Positions 1 to 10,299 of a DNA stretch of 64,000 nucleotides are shown piece after piece. The stretch is from Bacteriovoracaceae bacterium. Its GTDB lineage: Bacteria; Bdellovibrionota; Bacteriovoracia; Bacteriovoracales; Bacteriovoracaceae. Under the pieces are notes generated by a model. It saw only the letters and a list, made by a program, of their open reading frames with translations. It was not told where the DNA came from and ran no database searches. The position numbers and the translations under genes were made by a program. Position 1 is the first letter of the stretch. Every line of letters begins with the position of its first letter. The stretch is taken from contig JBLWTJ010000001.1 of assembly GCA_048270185.1 (NCBI GenBank), forward strand, positions 448,001 through 512,000. Reading direction: 5' to 3'.

Positions 1-410
1 ACTTCACACAGTGCACTTGCGAAGTTTGCCATCGAAGCCGCACTCGAAGCAATACCAGATGAATGAGGGAATGAATTCATTGAATCCATCGTTATCTTAC
101 ATTCACTAATAAAAGGAAAAAACTCAAGAGCACGATGAAAGAATTTCTCAACACGTGCTTTAAACTTAGCATTTTCCTTTGATTCAAATTTAAAATCTAG
201 CGAAAATTCAGATGCTTTTTCAAATTTATATGAAGTTAAAGTATGGGCATGATCAAGCGTTATACTTAAAGAGGGGTTTGACGGGAGTTGTTCACCGTAC
301 TTTCCCCAGTACTTAATCAGTGCAATATTCGAAGGGCTCTTAACTTTAAAAGTCGGCCCTTCGTTTAGTTTATTTAAATCAAATGATTGAAGAATGAAAT
401 TAGTGGACAT
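1..410 (-). CDS. mvaD: Diphosphomevalonate decarboxylase (5' part; runs off the window start)
   Basis: Hand translation from the ATG at 410: MSTNFILQ...SPSNIALIKYWGK..QLPSNPSLSITL and the GHMP loop NSFPHSSGIASSAAS. The start overlaps the stop of the upstream kinase. Not in the ORF track. Confidence 0.92.
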   Translation of the reverse strand, partial: MSTNFILQSFDLNKLNEGPTFKVKSPSNIALIKYWGKYGEQLPSNPSLSITLDHAHTLTSYKFEKASEFSLDFKFESKENAKFKARVEKFFHRALEFFPFISECKITMDSMNSFPHSSGIASSAASMANFASALCE

Positions 411-1434
411 TTTTTGGATCAACTTGGAAATCTTTTTCAACGATAAGATCACGATATGGAATTACAACTTTAAGTCCTTTTTCCATAAAGTAATTTGTAA
501 CATACTTCTTAGGAGCATTACTTGAGGCAAGAATGAAATCTCCTCCCCATGCTCCTAGAGACTTAACTTCACCATCAAAGTCACTAAAGGCTTCTTTCTT
601 AATTGGACTAAGCTTTAACTGCTTACTTACGATATCTTCGTGAGCGCGGATTAAGAAGTTAAACTCTTCTTGTGTCTTGGCCGCTGCAATCTGATTTGAT
701 AGTTCACTGATTGTATTAATAACTTCAGGAGAATGTGGACGTAATTCATTGTAGTAAGAAATTGCGTCTCTTGAATTCTTCTTATGCCCTAAATAGACAA
801 AGTAAAGATTGCTCTTAAAGCTAGGATTGAATTCAACAGGAGACCACTTCGGTCCATCCCCTGATTTTTGATAAATGATAGGATCATCACTTTGAGCACA
901 AGCAATATCATAACCTGATCCACCAAGAGTATTAAAAGCTAACTCAAAAGGAGAAACCATGGCCCAGTCGGCAATATTGTGAATAAGAGTTGAAGAAGAG
1001 CCTAGCCCCCATTCAAGTGGGAATCCAAGTTGTGTCACAACGTGAACATCGACTCCGTCTCTTAGAAAGTGCTTATTCTGCTTTCTAGCTTGTCTAAGCA
1101 TTTGCTGCAGAACCATCATCTCTTTAGTTGGGTTATCATTTAAGATATTAAAGTGCCAGAATTCGAAGATTACTTCAAACCAAAGATTTCCTGCTGGATC
1201 ATATGACTTCCAATAAAGCTTTGGATCAAATGAAGATGAATATTGTACTCTTAATGACTGTCCAACAGTAGTTGGAAGTCCTAGTGCTTGCGCACCGTCG
1301 AGAACGAAATACTCTCCAGATAGAAGAAGTTTTCCGTGTCCGAAATAGAGCTGGCCATTCTTTGGAAGTTCAAGCTGTTGCTCTCCTTCCAAATACTTAA
1401 GAATTGAATTACTTGTGTGTGTTGTTGTGTTCAT
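400..1434 (-). CDS. GYDIA-family GHMP kinase, probably a mevalonate or phosphomevalonate kinase
   Basis: GKLLLSGEY, WGLGSSS, GSGYDIACA and KSLGAWGGDF motifs; lies inside the mevalonate operon. Confidence 0.88.
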   Translation of the reverse strand: MNTTTHTSNSILKYLEGEQQLELPKNGQLYFGHGKLLLSGEYFVLDGAQALGLPTTVGQSLRVQYSSSFDPKLYWKSYDPAGNLWFEVIFEFWHFNILNDNPTKEMMVLQQMLRQARKQNKHFLRDGVDVHVVTQLGFPLEWGLGSSSTLIHNIADWAMVSPFELAFNTLGGSGYDIACAQSDDPIIYQKSGDGPKWSPVEFNPSFKSNLYFVYLGHKKNSRDAISYYNELRPHSPEVINTISELSNQIAAAKTQEEFNFLIRAHEDIVSKQLKLSPIKKEAFSDFDGEVKSLGAWGGDFILASSNAPKKYVTNYFMEKGLKVVIPYRDLIVEKDFQVDPKNVH

Positions 1435-1443
1435 AAATTCTTT

Positions 1444-2724
1444 CTAGTCTCTCAATAATTCTAACTGTTCCCTTACGGCACTAAAAGATACGACCTTATC
1501 GGCAAAGTGTTGTGTAATTTTCTCTTTCTCTTCAGTATTTGCTTCAAGTTGTCCTAGAATATTCATTAGGTGCATTTTCATGTGCCCCTTTTGAATACCA
1601 CTTGTAACAAGACTCTTTAATGCAGCAAAGTTTTGTGCAAGTCCCACACTTGCGGCAATCATCATAAGCTCATTAGCACTTGGTCTCTCTAAAATATCAA
1701 GAGACATCTTAGCAAGTGGGTGTAGCTTAGTTAGACCTCCAACAGTCCCAAGGGCCAGTGGAATTTCAATTTCAAAGTGGAATTTATTATCAATTATTTT
1801 AGCAGTCGTTAAAGAACGATATTGTCCATCACGAGCAGCATATGTATGCCCACATGCTTCAACTGCTCTAAAATCATTTCCAGTAGCGATAACAACACCA
1901 TCGATACCATTAAAAATACCTTTATTATGAGTCGTCGCACGATGCGGATCAATATGAGCAATACGAACAGCGCGAGAGAATTTCTGAGTGAAAGTCTTCG
2001 CATCCATCCCAAGGCCCTTATCATTTAAATCTTCAATTGGACATTCAACCCATGCACGAACTTTACAATCAGGAGTATAGTTAGAAAGGATACACATAAC
2101 AACTTGAACTTTATCAAGTAATTTATCTTCTAAATACTTCCCTACAGCTTCAAGAACAGAGTTAATGAAATTGGCCCCCATAGCATCACAAGTTTCAAAG
2201 GCCATTTTAATTTGATAGTAATTTTCTTCTTTATCAGTGAAGTCAACTAATTCAATCCCACTAATACCACCACCACGCTTATCCATATTAACAGTGATTG
2301 GAGTTAGTGAATTTAGGATATTTACTTTCTCATTCTCAAAGAACGATTGAATTTCTTCTTTGCTACCTTCGTAAATAAAGTGTACTTGCCCTACTTTTTG
2401 GCTACCAACAACACAGGCCTTAAAGCCACCGCGTGAACTCCAAAACTTAGACGCTTTTGAAAGAGCTGCTACAACAGAGCTCTCTTCTATTACCATTGGA
2501 ACATTATAAACTTTATTATTTAATACAAAGTTTGGAACAACACCATAAGGTAGAATGAAGTTTGAAATTGTATTCTCAGAAAACTCATCAAACGTCGCCT
2601 GTGTCTTTTCGTCATCCAACCAGAATGATAAAATTGACTCACGAGAACTTTCGTCAAGATTCTTTGTGATGAAGTTAACTTTTTCTTCTTTACTTAGTTT
2701 TGAAAAACCTTGAATCAATTTCAA
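1444..2724 (-). CDS. mvaA: Hydroxymethylglutaryl-CoA reductase, class II
   Basis: EESSVVAA, DAMGAN, RATTHNKGIFNG, TGNDFRAVEA and GIQKGHMKMH motifs. Confidence 0.95.
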   Translation of the reverse strand: MKLIQGFSKLSKEEKVNFITKNLDESSRESILSFWLDDEKTQATFDEFSENTISNFILPYGVVPNFVLNNKVYNVPMVIEESSVVAALSKASKFWSSRGGFKACVVGSQKVGQVHFIYEGSKEEIQSFFENEKVNILNSLTPITVNMDKRGGGISGIELVDFTDKEENYYQIKMAFETCDAMGANFINSVLEAVGKYLEDKLLDKVQVVMCILSNYTPDCKVRAWVECPIEDLNDKGLGMDAKTFTQKFSRAVRIAHIDPHRATTHNKGIFNGIDGVVIATGNDFRAVEACGHTYAARDGQYRSLTTAKIIDNKFHFEIEIPLALGTVGGLTKLHPLAKMSLDILERPSANELMMIAASVGLAQNFAALKSLVTSGIQKGHMKMHLMNILGQLEANTEEKEKITQHFADKVVSFSAVREQLELLRD

Positions 2725-3737
2725 TGTTCTCTCCTTACGCTAAGGTATGAATTAGCAAAATTTAATCCCGCCTTGATTTGCGCGACTTGATTTGCAACCG
2801 AATCATAATCAACCATGGCCGTTTTTAAAAACTCACTGGCCATCCCAAAAATAGCATTTCCTTTCGATAGTTTACAAAGGTAGTGTCCATCTAAGTATGA
2901 TTTAATACCACCTGAGATAATAAAGTTCTTACACTTTATCTCTGGCCCGTATTGGTCAATAATTTCGTTGCTCATGTGTACCATTTCAAGGGCCGTATGG
3001 CCAATATGACACAGAGGTTCATGCATTGTTAAGTTATTAGAATTTCTAAGATACTCTAGTTTAGAAAAATTAGTTCCACCAAAGGCAGCAAACTCAATGG
3101 CAGCAATATCCATCATCATAAGGGCCTTTAGTGATCGAGGTCCAAAACCTTGACCGACTTCTTTAACAATAATTGGAAAATTGAAAAATGAAACACATAT
3201 CTCAATGACTTCAAGAGGTGACTTTTTAATGATATCACCTTCTGGCTGAAACCATTCTTGGGCCGGATTGACATGAATAATAAGCCCATCGGCCGCTAGT
3301 TTTTCAACTAAAGTATTCACACTTGTGAGATTGTCTTGTGCAATAAGCTCTTCCAATTGAGCAACGCCAAGGTTTGCATAAAAAGGAGCGTTCTTGCAAA
3401 GCTTCTTAACAGCAAAGTCTTCTAAAAACTCATCACTTTTTAAAAGCTTTCGACATGAGCCTAAACCCATTCCAAGTCCAAATTCTCCGCAAGCACGAGC
3501 GAGATTCTCATTGATATTCTTTGCTATCCCAGTCCCACCAGTCATCGATGAAATCCAAACGGGAAGCGATAATTGATGGCCGGCAAACTCAATACTAAGA
3601 TCATGTTCAACTCTATTGCCACTAAAGAGTGGTTCATAGTGGAAGCGTTCATCCACTTCGATAGGAAGAACTTGCGCCTGCTTAGTTAGTCGAATATGCT
3701 CAAGTTTACGATCTTGATTCGTCTTATTATCTTTCAT
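2721..3737 (-). CDS. fni: Type 2 (FMN-dependent) isopentenyl-diphosphate delta-isomerase
   Basis: RKLEHI, SSMTGG, HVNPAQEWFQPEGD, VKEVGQG, GGTNF and SGGI motifs. Confidence 0.93.
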   Translation of the reverse strand: MKDNKTNQDRKLEHIRLTKQAQVLPIEVDERFHYEPLFSGNRVEHDLSIEFAGHQLSLPVWISSMTGGTGIAKNINENLARACGEFGLGMGLGSCRKLLKSDEFLEDFAVKKLCKNAPFYANLGVAQLEELIAQDNLTSVNTLVEKLAADGLIIHVNPAQEWFQPEGDIIKKSPLEVIEICVSFFNFPIIVKEVGQGFGPRSLKALMMMDIAAIEFAAFGGTNFSKLEYLRNSNNLTMHEPLCHIGHTALEMVHMSNEIIDQYGPEIKCKNFIISGGIKSYLDGHYLCKLSKGNAIFGMASEFLKTAMVDYDSVANQVAQIKAGLNFANSYLSVRREH

Positions 3738-3929
3738 ATATTTTCGTTAACGTTAGTGATTTAAGGAATTTAGCAGATTTTAAGCGAAGCAACAACATCG
3801 CTTTTATCTCTTGGAAAAATGTATAATCTAAACAAGTAAAATTGTGAACAATACGGATTAGTATGTAAATGATTCCAACAACTTACCATTATGATTGGTA
3901 ATAGTAACTTGCTAGTGTATATATCTGGG

Positions 3930-5039
3930 ATGACAAATTATCACTTATTTCTCTCTGTACTACCTGGCCTTGAAGACTTCTGTCGTAAAGAAGTGAAGGC
4001 CAAACTTGAGCAGTTCCAGCTCGAAGAAATAATTGTACTCAATGACCTAACCCTATCTTCTAGTAAGCTCTATGAGCTTCTAAATTTCATCAAATACCTA
4101 AGAGTTCCAACAAGAGCACTGCTTCGAATTGAGCACTTTGTGGCAAGAGATCTTCCTAAGCTTTATAAGAAATTAAGTAAGATCACTTGGAATGATTATC
4201 TCGTCACAAAAAATTATGATGTAAAAATCAGCTCACAAAGCTCGCGTCTTTTTGATGATCGGAAAATTGAACAGGCCCTGCGTGATGCAATTGCTGACTA
4301 TCAAAAGGCCCAACCCTATAAAGCAAAATATGACAGTATAGAGTGGGATGAGCCACCAAAGATATTTCTAAGATTTGAAAATGATCAATGCCAAGTTTCA
4401 ATTGATTTAAGTGGTAAGAGACTTGATATGAGAGGATATAAGATCGCAACGGCCAAGGCTCCAATGCGCGAATCACTTGCCTATGCTCTCTTGATGTCCA
4501 TTGGTGATACAAGTTCAACTCTAGTTGATCCCATGGCCGGCTCAGGTACTATCATAAGTGAATACTTAAATTTTAATAAGATAAATAATCGACGCTCATA
4601 TAATTTTGAAAATTTCCCAATCTATCGAAGAACGCCTCCTGTGAAGCTTTGGCAGATCGATAATCAAAGCAATGCTAAGGCCTGGGCCTGTGATATTAAT
4701 AAAGAGAATATTAGCGCAATCAATGATAATTTAAATGGTTTTGATAACCTTAAAGTATTGAACGAAGATTTTTTTAAAAGAGATATGGCCTATACCGATG
4801 ACTTTATCATTGCCTGCAATCTGCCTTACGGTAAGAGAATTAAGACAAAAGAAAATATTCATCACTTTGTCGAGAAATTCTTAAGACACGGATTTAAGCT
4901 TGGAGCAAAGGCCATCCACATTGTGGTACCTGAGACCTTTATCATCGATACAAAGAAATTCAAAGTTACACGAAGTCCACGAATTAACAATGGTGGCATC
5001 TGGATTCAATTTATTAAAGTTGTATCACGAGAAGACTAA
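3930..5039 (+). CDS. THUMP-domain class I SAM-dependent RNA methyltransferase (RlmL-like)
   Basis: SIDLSG..L..RGY, APMRESLA, DPMAGSGT and NLPYG motifs. ATG 3930 preferred; the ORF is open from 3891. Confidence 0.8.
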   Translation: MTNYHLFLSVLPGLEDFCRKEVKAKLEQFQLEEIIVLNDLTLSSSKLYELLNFIKYLRVPTRALLRIEHFVARDLPKLYKKLSKITWNDYLVTKNYDVKISSQSSRLFDDRKIEQALRDAIADYQKAQPYKAKYDSIEWDEPPKIFLRFENDQCQVSIDLSGKRLDMRGYKIATAKAPMRESLAYALLMSIGDTSSTLVDPMAGSGTIISEYLNFNKINNRRSYNFENFPIYRRTPPVKLWQIDNQSNAKAWACDINKENISAINDNLNGFDNLKVLNEDFFKRDMAYTDDFIIACNLPYGKRIKTKENIHHFVEKFLRHGFKLGAKAIHIVVPETFIIDTKKFKVTRSPRINNGGIWIQFIKVVSRED

Positions 5040-6226
5040 GCTAAATAGGCCATGGTCTTAACACTAATTCCACTAACATGTGGAATTAAAATTAATTCAC
5101 CACTTTTTACACTTGTTACTTCTGTACCATCAGTTTGAGTGATCTTATGAATTCTCGTCTGCTTTACCTTCCCATCAGGTGTTGAGAGCTTTAGTTCATC
5201 ACCAACTTTAAAAGCAACTTCTTCATTTCGCATTCCCTTAACAAATAAGGCAATATGAGATTTTTTTACGACATCAACGACTTCACCAATAAACCCTTCA
5301 TCTTCTCTTTGCGTTCTCTTATTTTTCAATTTCTTAAAAAGAACATCTGATTTATTTACATGAAAGAAGCCACGAGTAGTTTGGTTTGGATATACTTCTT
5401 TAAAGGCCTTAGCATCTTCTTTTGAAAAATTCGAAAGAAGGCCTTGAGCTTCTGAAAGTATTTTTGCACGTTCATCTACACCAAGGTGTCTTAGATCAAT
5501 TCTAATATCATCAAGCTCACATTGAACTAACTCATCAAGATATTCCAGTAGGAATTGATCCTTTGTATTAAACATGAAAGTTCCATGTTGATTTTCAATA
5601 ATTGGAAAGCCTTTATGTGGAGACTCTTCACTAGAGCCGGCCACTTCAATATAGTCATCTTCTAATTGCTCATCAGAATATAGAGGCGAAACAAGGTTTC
5701 TTGGAGTGTAGAAAAGAAGAATTCTACCAAGTACAAGTAGTTCAGTTAAGACACCCCAACTCTTAATTTCGCGACAGAAATCTTTAACAACATTACTAGA
5801 TAACTCAATTGAGAGAACAACTTTTCTTAGACGATCACCAATGAGTTCACGCCAAACGCGAATTGACTCCAGATTATGATGGCCACCACTATCTAAGAGT
5901 AAATCAATATTAAGATCAGTAAATGTATTTAGACAGAAATTAATGGCCCCAGGGTCTCTTAGTCGAATACTTTCAAATCCGAGATTGGCATATTTTAAGA
6001 ATTGCTCTTTATACATCCCAAAGCGAGTCTCCGTCATAAGAATATCCCACTCGAGACTATATTTAATATCTTCTCTGCGACATTCTGTCACTATGGCCTG
6101 CATTTGCTCAATACTAAGTTTACCGACTTGAGAAAAAAGCTTAGTCGCAAGAATTACTTCTGAACACTGTGACTTATCGAGAATTTCAAAATCGCGAATA
6201 TCACTGATATAAGTTACAAACTTCAC
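5036..6226 (-). CDS. U32-family protein lacking the Cys cluster (TrhP1/YrrN-like)
   Basis: U32-like layout (DPG, VVLSIELS, ENQHGTFMFN) with a C-terminal U32_C-like region. No Fe-S Cys motif. Overlaps the stop of the U32 paralog. Confidence 0.72.
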   Translation of the reverse strand: MKFVTYISDIRDFEILDKSQCSEVILATKLFSQVGKLSIEQMQAIVTECRREDIKYSLEWDILMTETRFGMYKEQFLKYANLGFESIRLRDPGAINFCLNTFTDLNIDLLLDSGGHHNLESIRVWRELIGDRLRKVVLSIELSSNVVKDFCREIKSWGVLTELLVLGRILLFYTPRNLVSPLYSDEQLEDDYIEVAGSSEESPHKGFPIIENQHGTFMFNTKDQFLLEYLDELVQCELDDIRIDLRHLGVDERAKILSEAQGLLSNFSKEDAKAFKEVYPNQTTRGFFHVNKSDVLFKKLKNKRTQREDEGFIGEVVDVVKKSHIALFVKGMRNEEVAFKVGDELKLSTPDGKVKQTRIHKITQTDGTEVTSVKSGELILIPHVSGISVKTMAYLA

Positions 6227-7434
6227 AATTCACCTACTTTTGCGCGAATTAGGTTTTGCTCCTCAACCCCTTCAACATAAGGGATTTTAAAGAGAGCACC
6301 GGGACGGGTGCGATCAAATTCGACTCCTGCAAGATTTGTGATTTTAGTAATATCAACGTTAACATGCGCACTATCAAAAGGAAGAATCTCTAAACTTTCA
6401 CCAATTTCAAATGCACTTCTAACATCAACGACAATGAATTTATCTTTAACAACCTGAGCAACACTTCCAATAGCACGATAAGTCTTATCTTCATGTTCAC
6501 GGTCATTATAAATTGATGATGAATCTGCTTCTTCAACTAAAGACGCTTGAGTATAAGCACGGTGAGTAACTTTTGTTAGTTCCTCTTCCCACTTGAGTAG
6601 GTCTTCACTTAGAAAGTTTCCGTGTTCTTTGTAATAATTTAGGGCCTGCGAATAGACCATTGAAATTGTTCCGGCATACATTGGAGACTTCATTCGTCCC
6701 TCAACTTTAAGAGAGTCAATTCCAGCATCGATGAATTCTTGAAGAAGTCTAATTCCTTCAAGATCTTTTGAACTCATAAAGTAGCTATTAAGTTTTTGTT
6801 TTCCATCATCAATTTGATATTCAAATCGACAACTATGAGCGCAGCCACCACGATTTGAATCGCGGCCTTGTGTGTAGTTAGAGATTACACAATTTCCAGA
6901 GTAGGCCATACACATCGAGCCGTGTACGAACATTTCAATTTCGACGCCAGCTTCTTCTTTGATTTTCTTAGCGTCAGCAATTGAAACTTCTCTTCCGAGA
7001 ACAATACGAGTGACACCTAATTTCTTCCAAAGCTTAGCACTTTCAACATTTAAACAACTCGCCTGAGTTGAAAGGTGAATTTCAAGATTTGTATTATTGG
7101 CTATATAGTTAATTACACCTGGGTCAGAAACGATGACAGCATCAATCTTTATGGCATCAAGTTCTTTGATGAAATCAAGTAGTCCGTCAAAGTCCTTATC
7201 GTGAAAGAATGAGTTGAGGACAACGTAAACGCAGGCCCCACGTTCATGAGCAAACTCAACACCTTCACGCATCTCTTCGATAGTAAAGTTATCGGCCGCT
7301 TGACGTAGGCCATATTTCTGACCGCCAAGATAGACTGCATTTGCACCATAACTAATGGCAACTTTTAATTTCTCTAGGCTTCCCGCTGGAGCTAAAAGCT
7401 CAGGTACCCATCTGGTGTTTTTTTCACTATTCAT
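6223..7434 (-). CDS. U32-family Fe-S protein, probable tRNA hydroxylase (TrhP/YegQ/YrrO-like)
   Basis: PELLAPAGS, HLSTQA, FVHGSMCMAYSGNC..RDSNRGGCAHSCR and SLKVEGRMKS motifs. Confidence 0.88.
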   Translation of the reverse strand: MNSEKNTRWVPELLAPAGSLEKLKVAISYGANAVYLGGQKYGLRQAADNFTIEEMREGVEFAHERGACVYVVLNSFFHDKDFDGLLDFIKELDAIKIDAVIVSDPGVINYIANNTNLEIHLSTQASCLNVESAKLWKKLGVTRIVLGREVSIADAKKIKEEAGVEIEMFVHGSMCMAYSGNCVISNYTQGRDSNRGGCAHSCRFEYQIDDGKQKLNSYFMSSKDLEGIRLLQEFIDAGIDSLKVEGRMKSPMYAGTISMVYSQALNYYKEHGNFLSEDLLKWEEELTKVTHRAYTQASLVEEADSSSIYNDREHEDKTYRAIGSVAQVVKDKFIVVDVRSAFEIGESLEILPFDSAHVNVDITKITNLAGVEFDRTRPGALFKIPYVEGVEEQNLIRAKVGEL

Positions 7435-7500
7435 AAGGTCTTCTATGTACCAGAAATTACATATATAATAAAGGTATAGCTAAAATGACGTATAATTTTT

Positions 7501-8646
7501 ATGAGAAAAGTATTCAATATAGTTTTTTATTTAGTTTTGACAATAATTGTCGTCCTGACAGGTGCTCTAAGTTACCATTATTACAGGATGCCAACGAGAC
7601 TTACTCCTGCCCCTTATGCTGTCAAGGAAGGTGTCTATCAGCAAGATGATATTGCATCAAATTCAGACGCACTAATTGTTGGGGACGACATGGGCGTTTC
7701 TCTAGGGCCATATGTTAATGAGATAACCACTGAACTATCAAAGAAACTAGCAAGACCTTTATCAATCTATAATATCTCCGTAAGAGATGAGGCCCTCTTT
7801 CGAACAATTGAAAGACTTAAAAATCTTAAAAAGATCCCAAAAATACTTATCATTGCGACAGGCTTCTCTCAAATGCAAGAGCAACTATACCCTAAATCTA
7901 AAAGTGCAATGAAGAGAAATGATCTCAATTTCAAAATCTATCGCAATCTCTACCTCCAAAGCTTAATGCAAGTTTATCCAAGTATTTCAAGACTGGCCTA
8001 TACAAGTGAAAGCATTAATTTAATTGGCAAAGAAATCAAAGAAATTGATTATACAGAAATTGACGATAATCGCTTTAGAAATATTCTCAGCAAGGAATTA
8101 CTACTCTTTGATAATACGTTTGAAAAGTTACTAAGAGATCTAAAAAGTAAAGGTATCAATGTAATCGTTCTTATTCCTCCTGTTAATGTTGAATTAAGTG
8201 ATTTAAAAGTTTGCAAAGATACCACGACAACGGCCATTGAAGAGGCTTTAAAAAAACTATCAAACCTACTAGATAAGAACAAAACTAAAGAGGCCCAAAT
8301 ACTAGTTAAAACACTTGATAAGAGCATTATAGCCAATAGTCGCTATCATCAATTAAAAGAAAAGCTTTATCAAAAACAAGGTGAGTACACAAAGGCTTAC
8401 GAACAAGCACTATTAAAGTTATCCTTTGCATGTGAAGTTAAATCCTCTCACCCAATGTTTGTTACGATGTTAAAGAAAAATGCACAAGCTCAAAATGTCG
8501 ACATTATTGATTTTGATAATATTGTAAAAGAAGGCTATATGCGAGGTCCTCTCTTTATTACGAGAAAGAATCCTCAATCAACTTTCTATAGTAAACTCAT
8601 TGAAGAGATTATTATTAAGCTAAAGCAAGTAACCCAGTTAAGATAG
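7501..8646 (+). CDS. Membrane-anchored hypothetical protein with degenerate SGNH-like and TPR-like segments
   Basis: N-terminal TM helix. LIVGDDMG resembles GDSL block I without the Ser. Helical TPR-like stretch near the C-terminus. Confidence 0.5.
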   Translation: MRKVFNIVFYLVLTIIVVLTGALSYHYYRMPTRLTPAPYAVKEGVYQQDDIASNSDALIVGDDMGVSLGPYVNEITTELSKKLARPLSIYNISVRDEALFRTIERLKNLKKIPKILIIATGFSQMQEQLYPKSKSAMKRNDLNFKIYRNLYLQSLMQVYPSISRLAYTSESINLIGKEIKEIDYTEIDDNRFRNILSKELLLFDNTFEKLLRDLKSKGINVIVLIPPVNVELSDLKVCKDTTTTAIEEALKKLSNLLDKNKTKEAQILVKTLDKSIIANSRYHQLKEKLYQKQGEYTKAYEQALLKLSFACEVKSSHPMFVTMLKKNAQAQNVDIIDFDNIVKEGYMRGPLFITRKNPQSTFYSKLIEEIIIKLKQVTQLR

Positions 8647-8655
8647 GATCATAAA

Positions 8656-9066
8656 ATGAGAATTATTCATGAACCAAATACGATGATCATACGTGAAGGC
8701 GAGCAATCAAACGTCATCTACCTCGTTGAAGAAGGTGAACTTCTAGTCTTCGTTGTTGATGGTAGCAAAGTCAGTCCAGTTGCAACAGTTGGAGCTGGTG
8801 AAATGATTGGCGAGATGGCCTTTTTTACGGGAACAGATCGCACGGCCTACGTCATGACAAAGACAAAAACAACGCTTATGGAAATTGATAGTGCAACTAT
8901 TAAAGAGAAACTACCAGACTGGTTATTTCGTATGACGAAGAATGCAGTCGACCGCATTCATCATCTCGACAAAGTAATCGCTAAAAGTGGAATTCGTAGA
9001 AAGAATGTTGATGGGGTTAAGCCCCTTAGCATCGATGAGCAAAGAGAAATTCTCGAATTAATCTAG
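8656..9066 (+). CDS. Cyclic nucleotide-binding domain protein
   Basis: IIREGE...G.L.V...GEMIGEMAFF..RTA cNMP signature; no HTH. Confidence 0.88.
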   Translation: MRIIHEPNTMIIREGEQSNVIYLVEEGELLVFVVDGSKVSPVATVGAGEMIGEMAFFTGTDRTAYVMTKTKTTLMEIDSATIKEKLPDWLFRMTKNAVDRIHHLDKVIAKSGIRRKNVDGVKPLSIDEQREILELI

Positions 9067-9164
9067 GTGCCATGCTCCTTTGGTTTCGCATGTGCTAAAT
9101 AGACTAATAAAAATAAGTTATGCTCCTTTGATTTAGCATCTGCGAAACCAAAGGAGCATGGCAC
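9067..9164. repeat. REP/REPIN-like inverted repeat pair
   Basis: gtgccatgctcctttggtttcgcatgtgctaaat (9067-9100) matches the reverse complement of 9131-9164 at 32/34. The right copy also forms its own hairpin with atgctcctttg at 9120-9130. Confidence 0.8.
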
Positions 9165-9166
9165 TC

Positions 9167-10150
9167 TTAAACTAGTCCTAGTTCTTTTACTGTGTCTCTT
9201 TCAGCGCGAAGTTCTTCAAGAGTTGCATTGAACTTTTCTTGTCCAAAAGCATTATGCTCTTGTCCTTCAACAACTTTAAGTTCTCCGTTTTCAACACGAC
9301 ATGGGAATGAGAAGATTAGACCTTCATCAACTCCGTATTGACCGTTAGAAGCAAGACACATAGAGAATGTCTCACCAGCTGGAGTATCGTGAGTAAGTGC
9401 GTAAACACCGTTTACACAAGCATTAGCAGCTGAAGCAGCAGAAGAAGCACCACGTGCTTTAATGATGGCAGCTCCACGCTTTTGAACAGTTTCAATGAAT
9501 TCACCTTTTAGGTAATCTTCATCAGTGATAACTTCAGCAGCTGACTTTCCACCAATTTTAGCATTGTAGAAATCTGGATATTGAGTTGCTGAGTGGTTAC
9601 CCCAAATTGTCATATTTGTAACTTCAGTTACATCAACACCAGCTTTTTGAGCAAGTTGAGTCTTAGCTCTCTTCTCATCAAGAGTAGTCATAGCAAAGAA
9701 ACGTGACTTATCAAGACCTGAAGCTTCCATTGCAATGTAGCAGTTAGTGTTACATGGATTACCAACGACAAATAGTTTTGAATCCGGCGCAGAGTGAGCG
9801 GCCATGGCCTTACCTAGTGGACCAAAGATTCCGCCGTTAACTTTAAGTAGATCAGCTCTCTCCATTCCATCTTTTCTTGGAACAGCACCAATTGCTAGAA
9901 TCCAGTTAGCATCTTTAAATGCAACTTCCATTTTATCTGTACAAACAATATTCTTAAGTAATGGGAAAGCACAGTCATCAAGCTCCATCTTAACACCTTC
10001 TAAAGCACCAAGTGCTTGAGGTAGTTCAAGAAGTTGAAGTTCTACTTCTGTATCTTGTCCAAACATTTGTCCTGAAGCAATTCTAAATAAGATTGCATAA
10101 CCGATTTGTCCTGCTGCACCTGTAACAGCAACTTTAACTCTTTTCGTCAT
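9167..10150 (-). CDS. mdh: Malate dehydrogenase
   Basis: [40 protein letters not shown] and [10 protein letters not shown] motifs. Confidence 0.97.
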   Translation of the reverse strand: MTKRVKVAVTGAAGQIGYAILFRIASGQMFGQDTEVELQLLELPQALGALEGVKMELDDCAFPLLKNIVCTDKMEVAFKDANWILAIGAVPRKDGMERADLLKVNGGIFGPLGKAMAAHSAPDSKLFVVGNPCNTNCYIAMEASGLDKSRFFAMTTLDEKRAKTQLAQKAGVDVTEVTNMTIWGNHSATQYPDFYNAKIGGKSAAEVITDEDYLKGEFIETVQKRGAAIIKARGASSAASAANACVNGVYALTHDTPAGETFSMCLASNGQYGVDEGLIFSFPCRVENGELKVVEGQEHNAFGQEKFNATLEELRAERDTVKELGLV

Positions 10151-10299
10151 ATAAATTCCCCTTTTGAAAAATTCAGCGAGTTGTAAAATTGAAATTGGCC
10201 AATTTTATCATAGGAGTTAGACAAGTTGTAGCTTTACTTAGCAATATTAGGGGCTATAATTAAGTTTAATCTTTATGAAGAATTTTAGAAGGAAAGATA

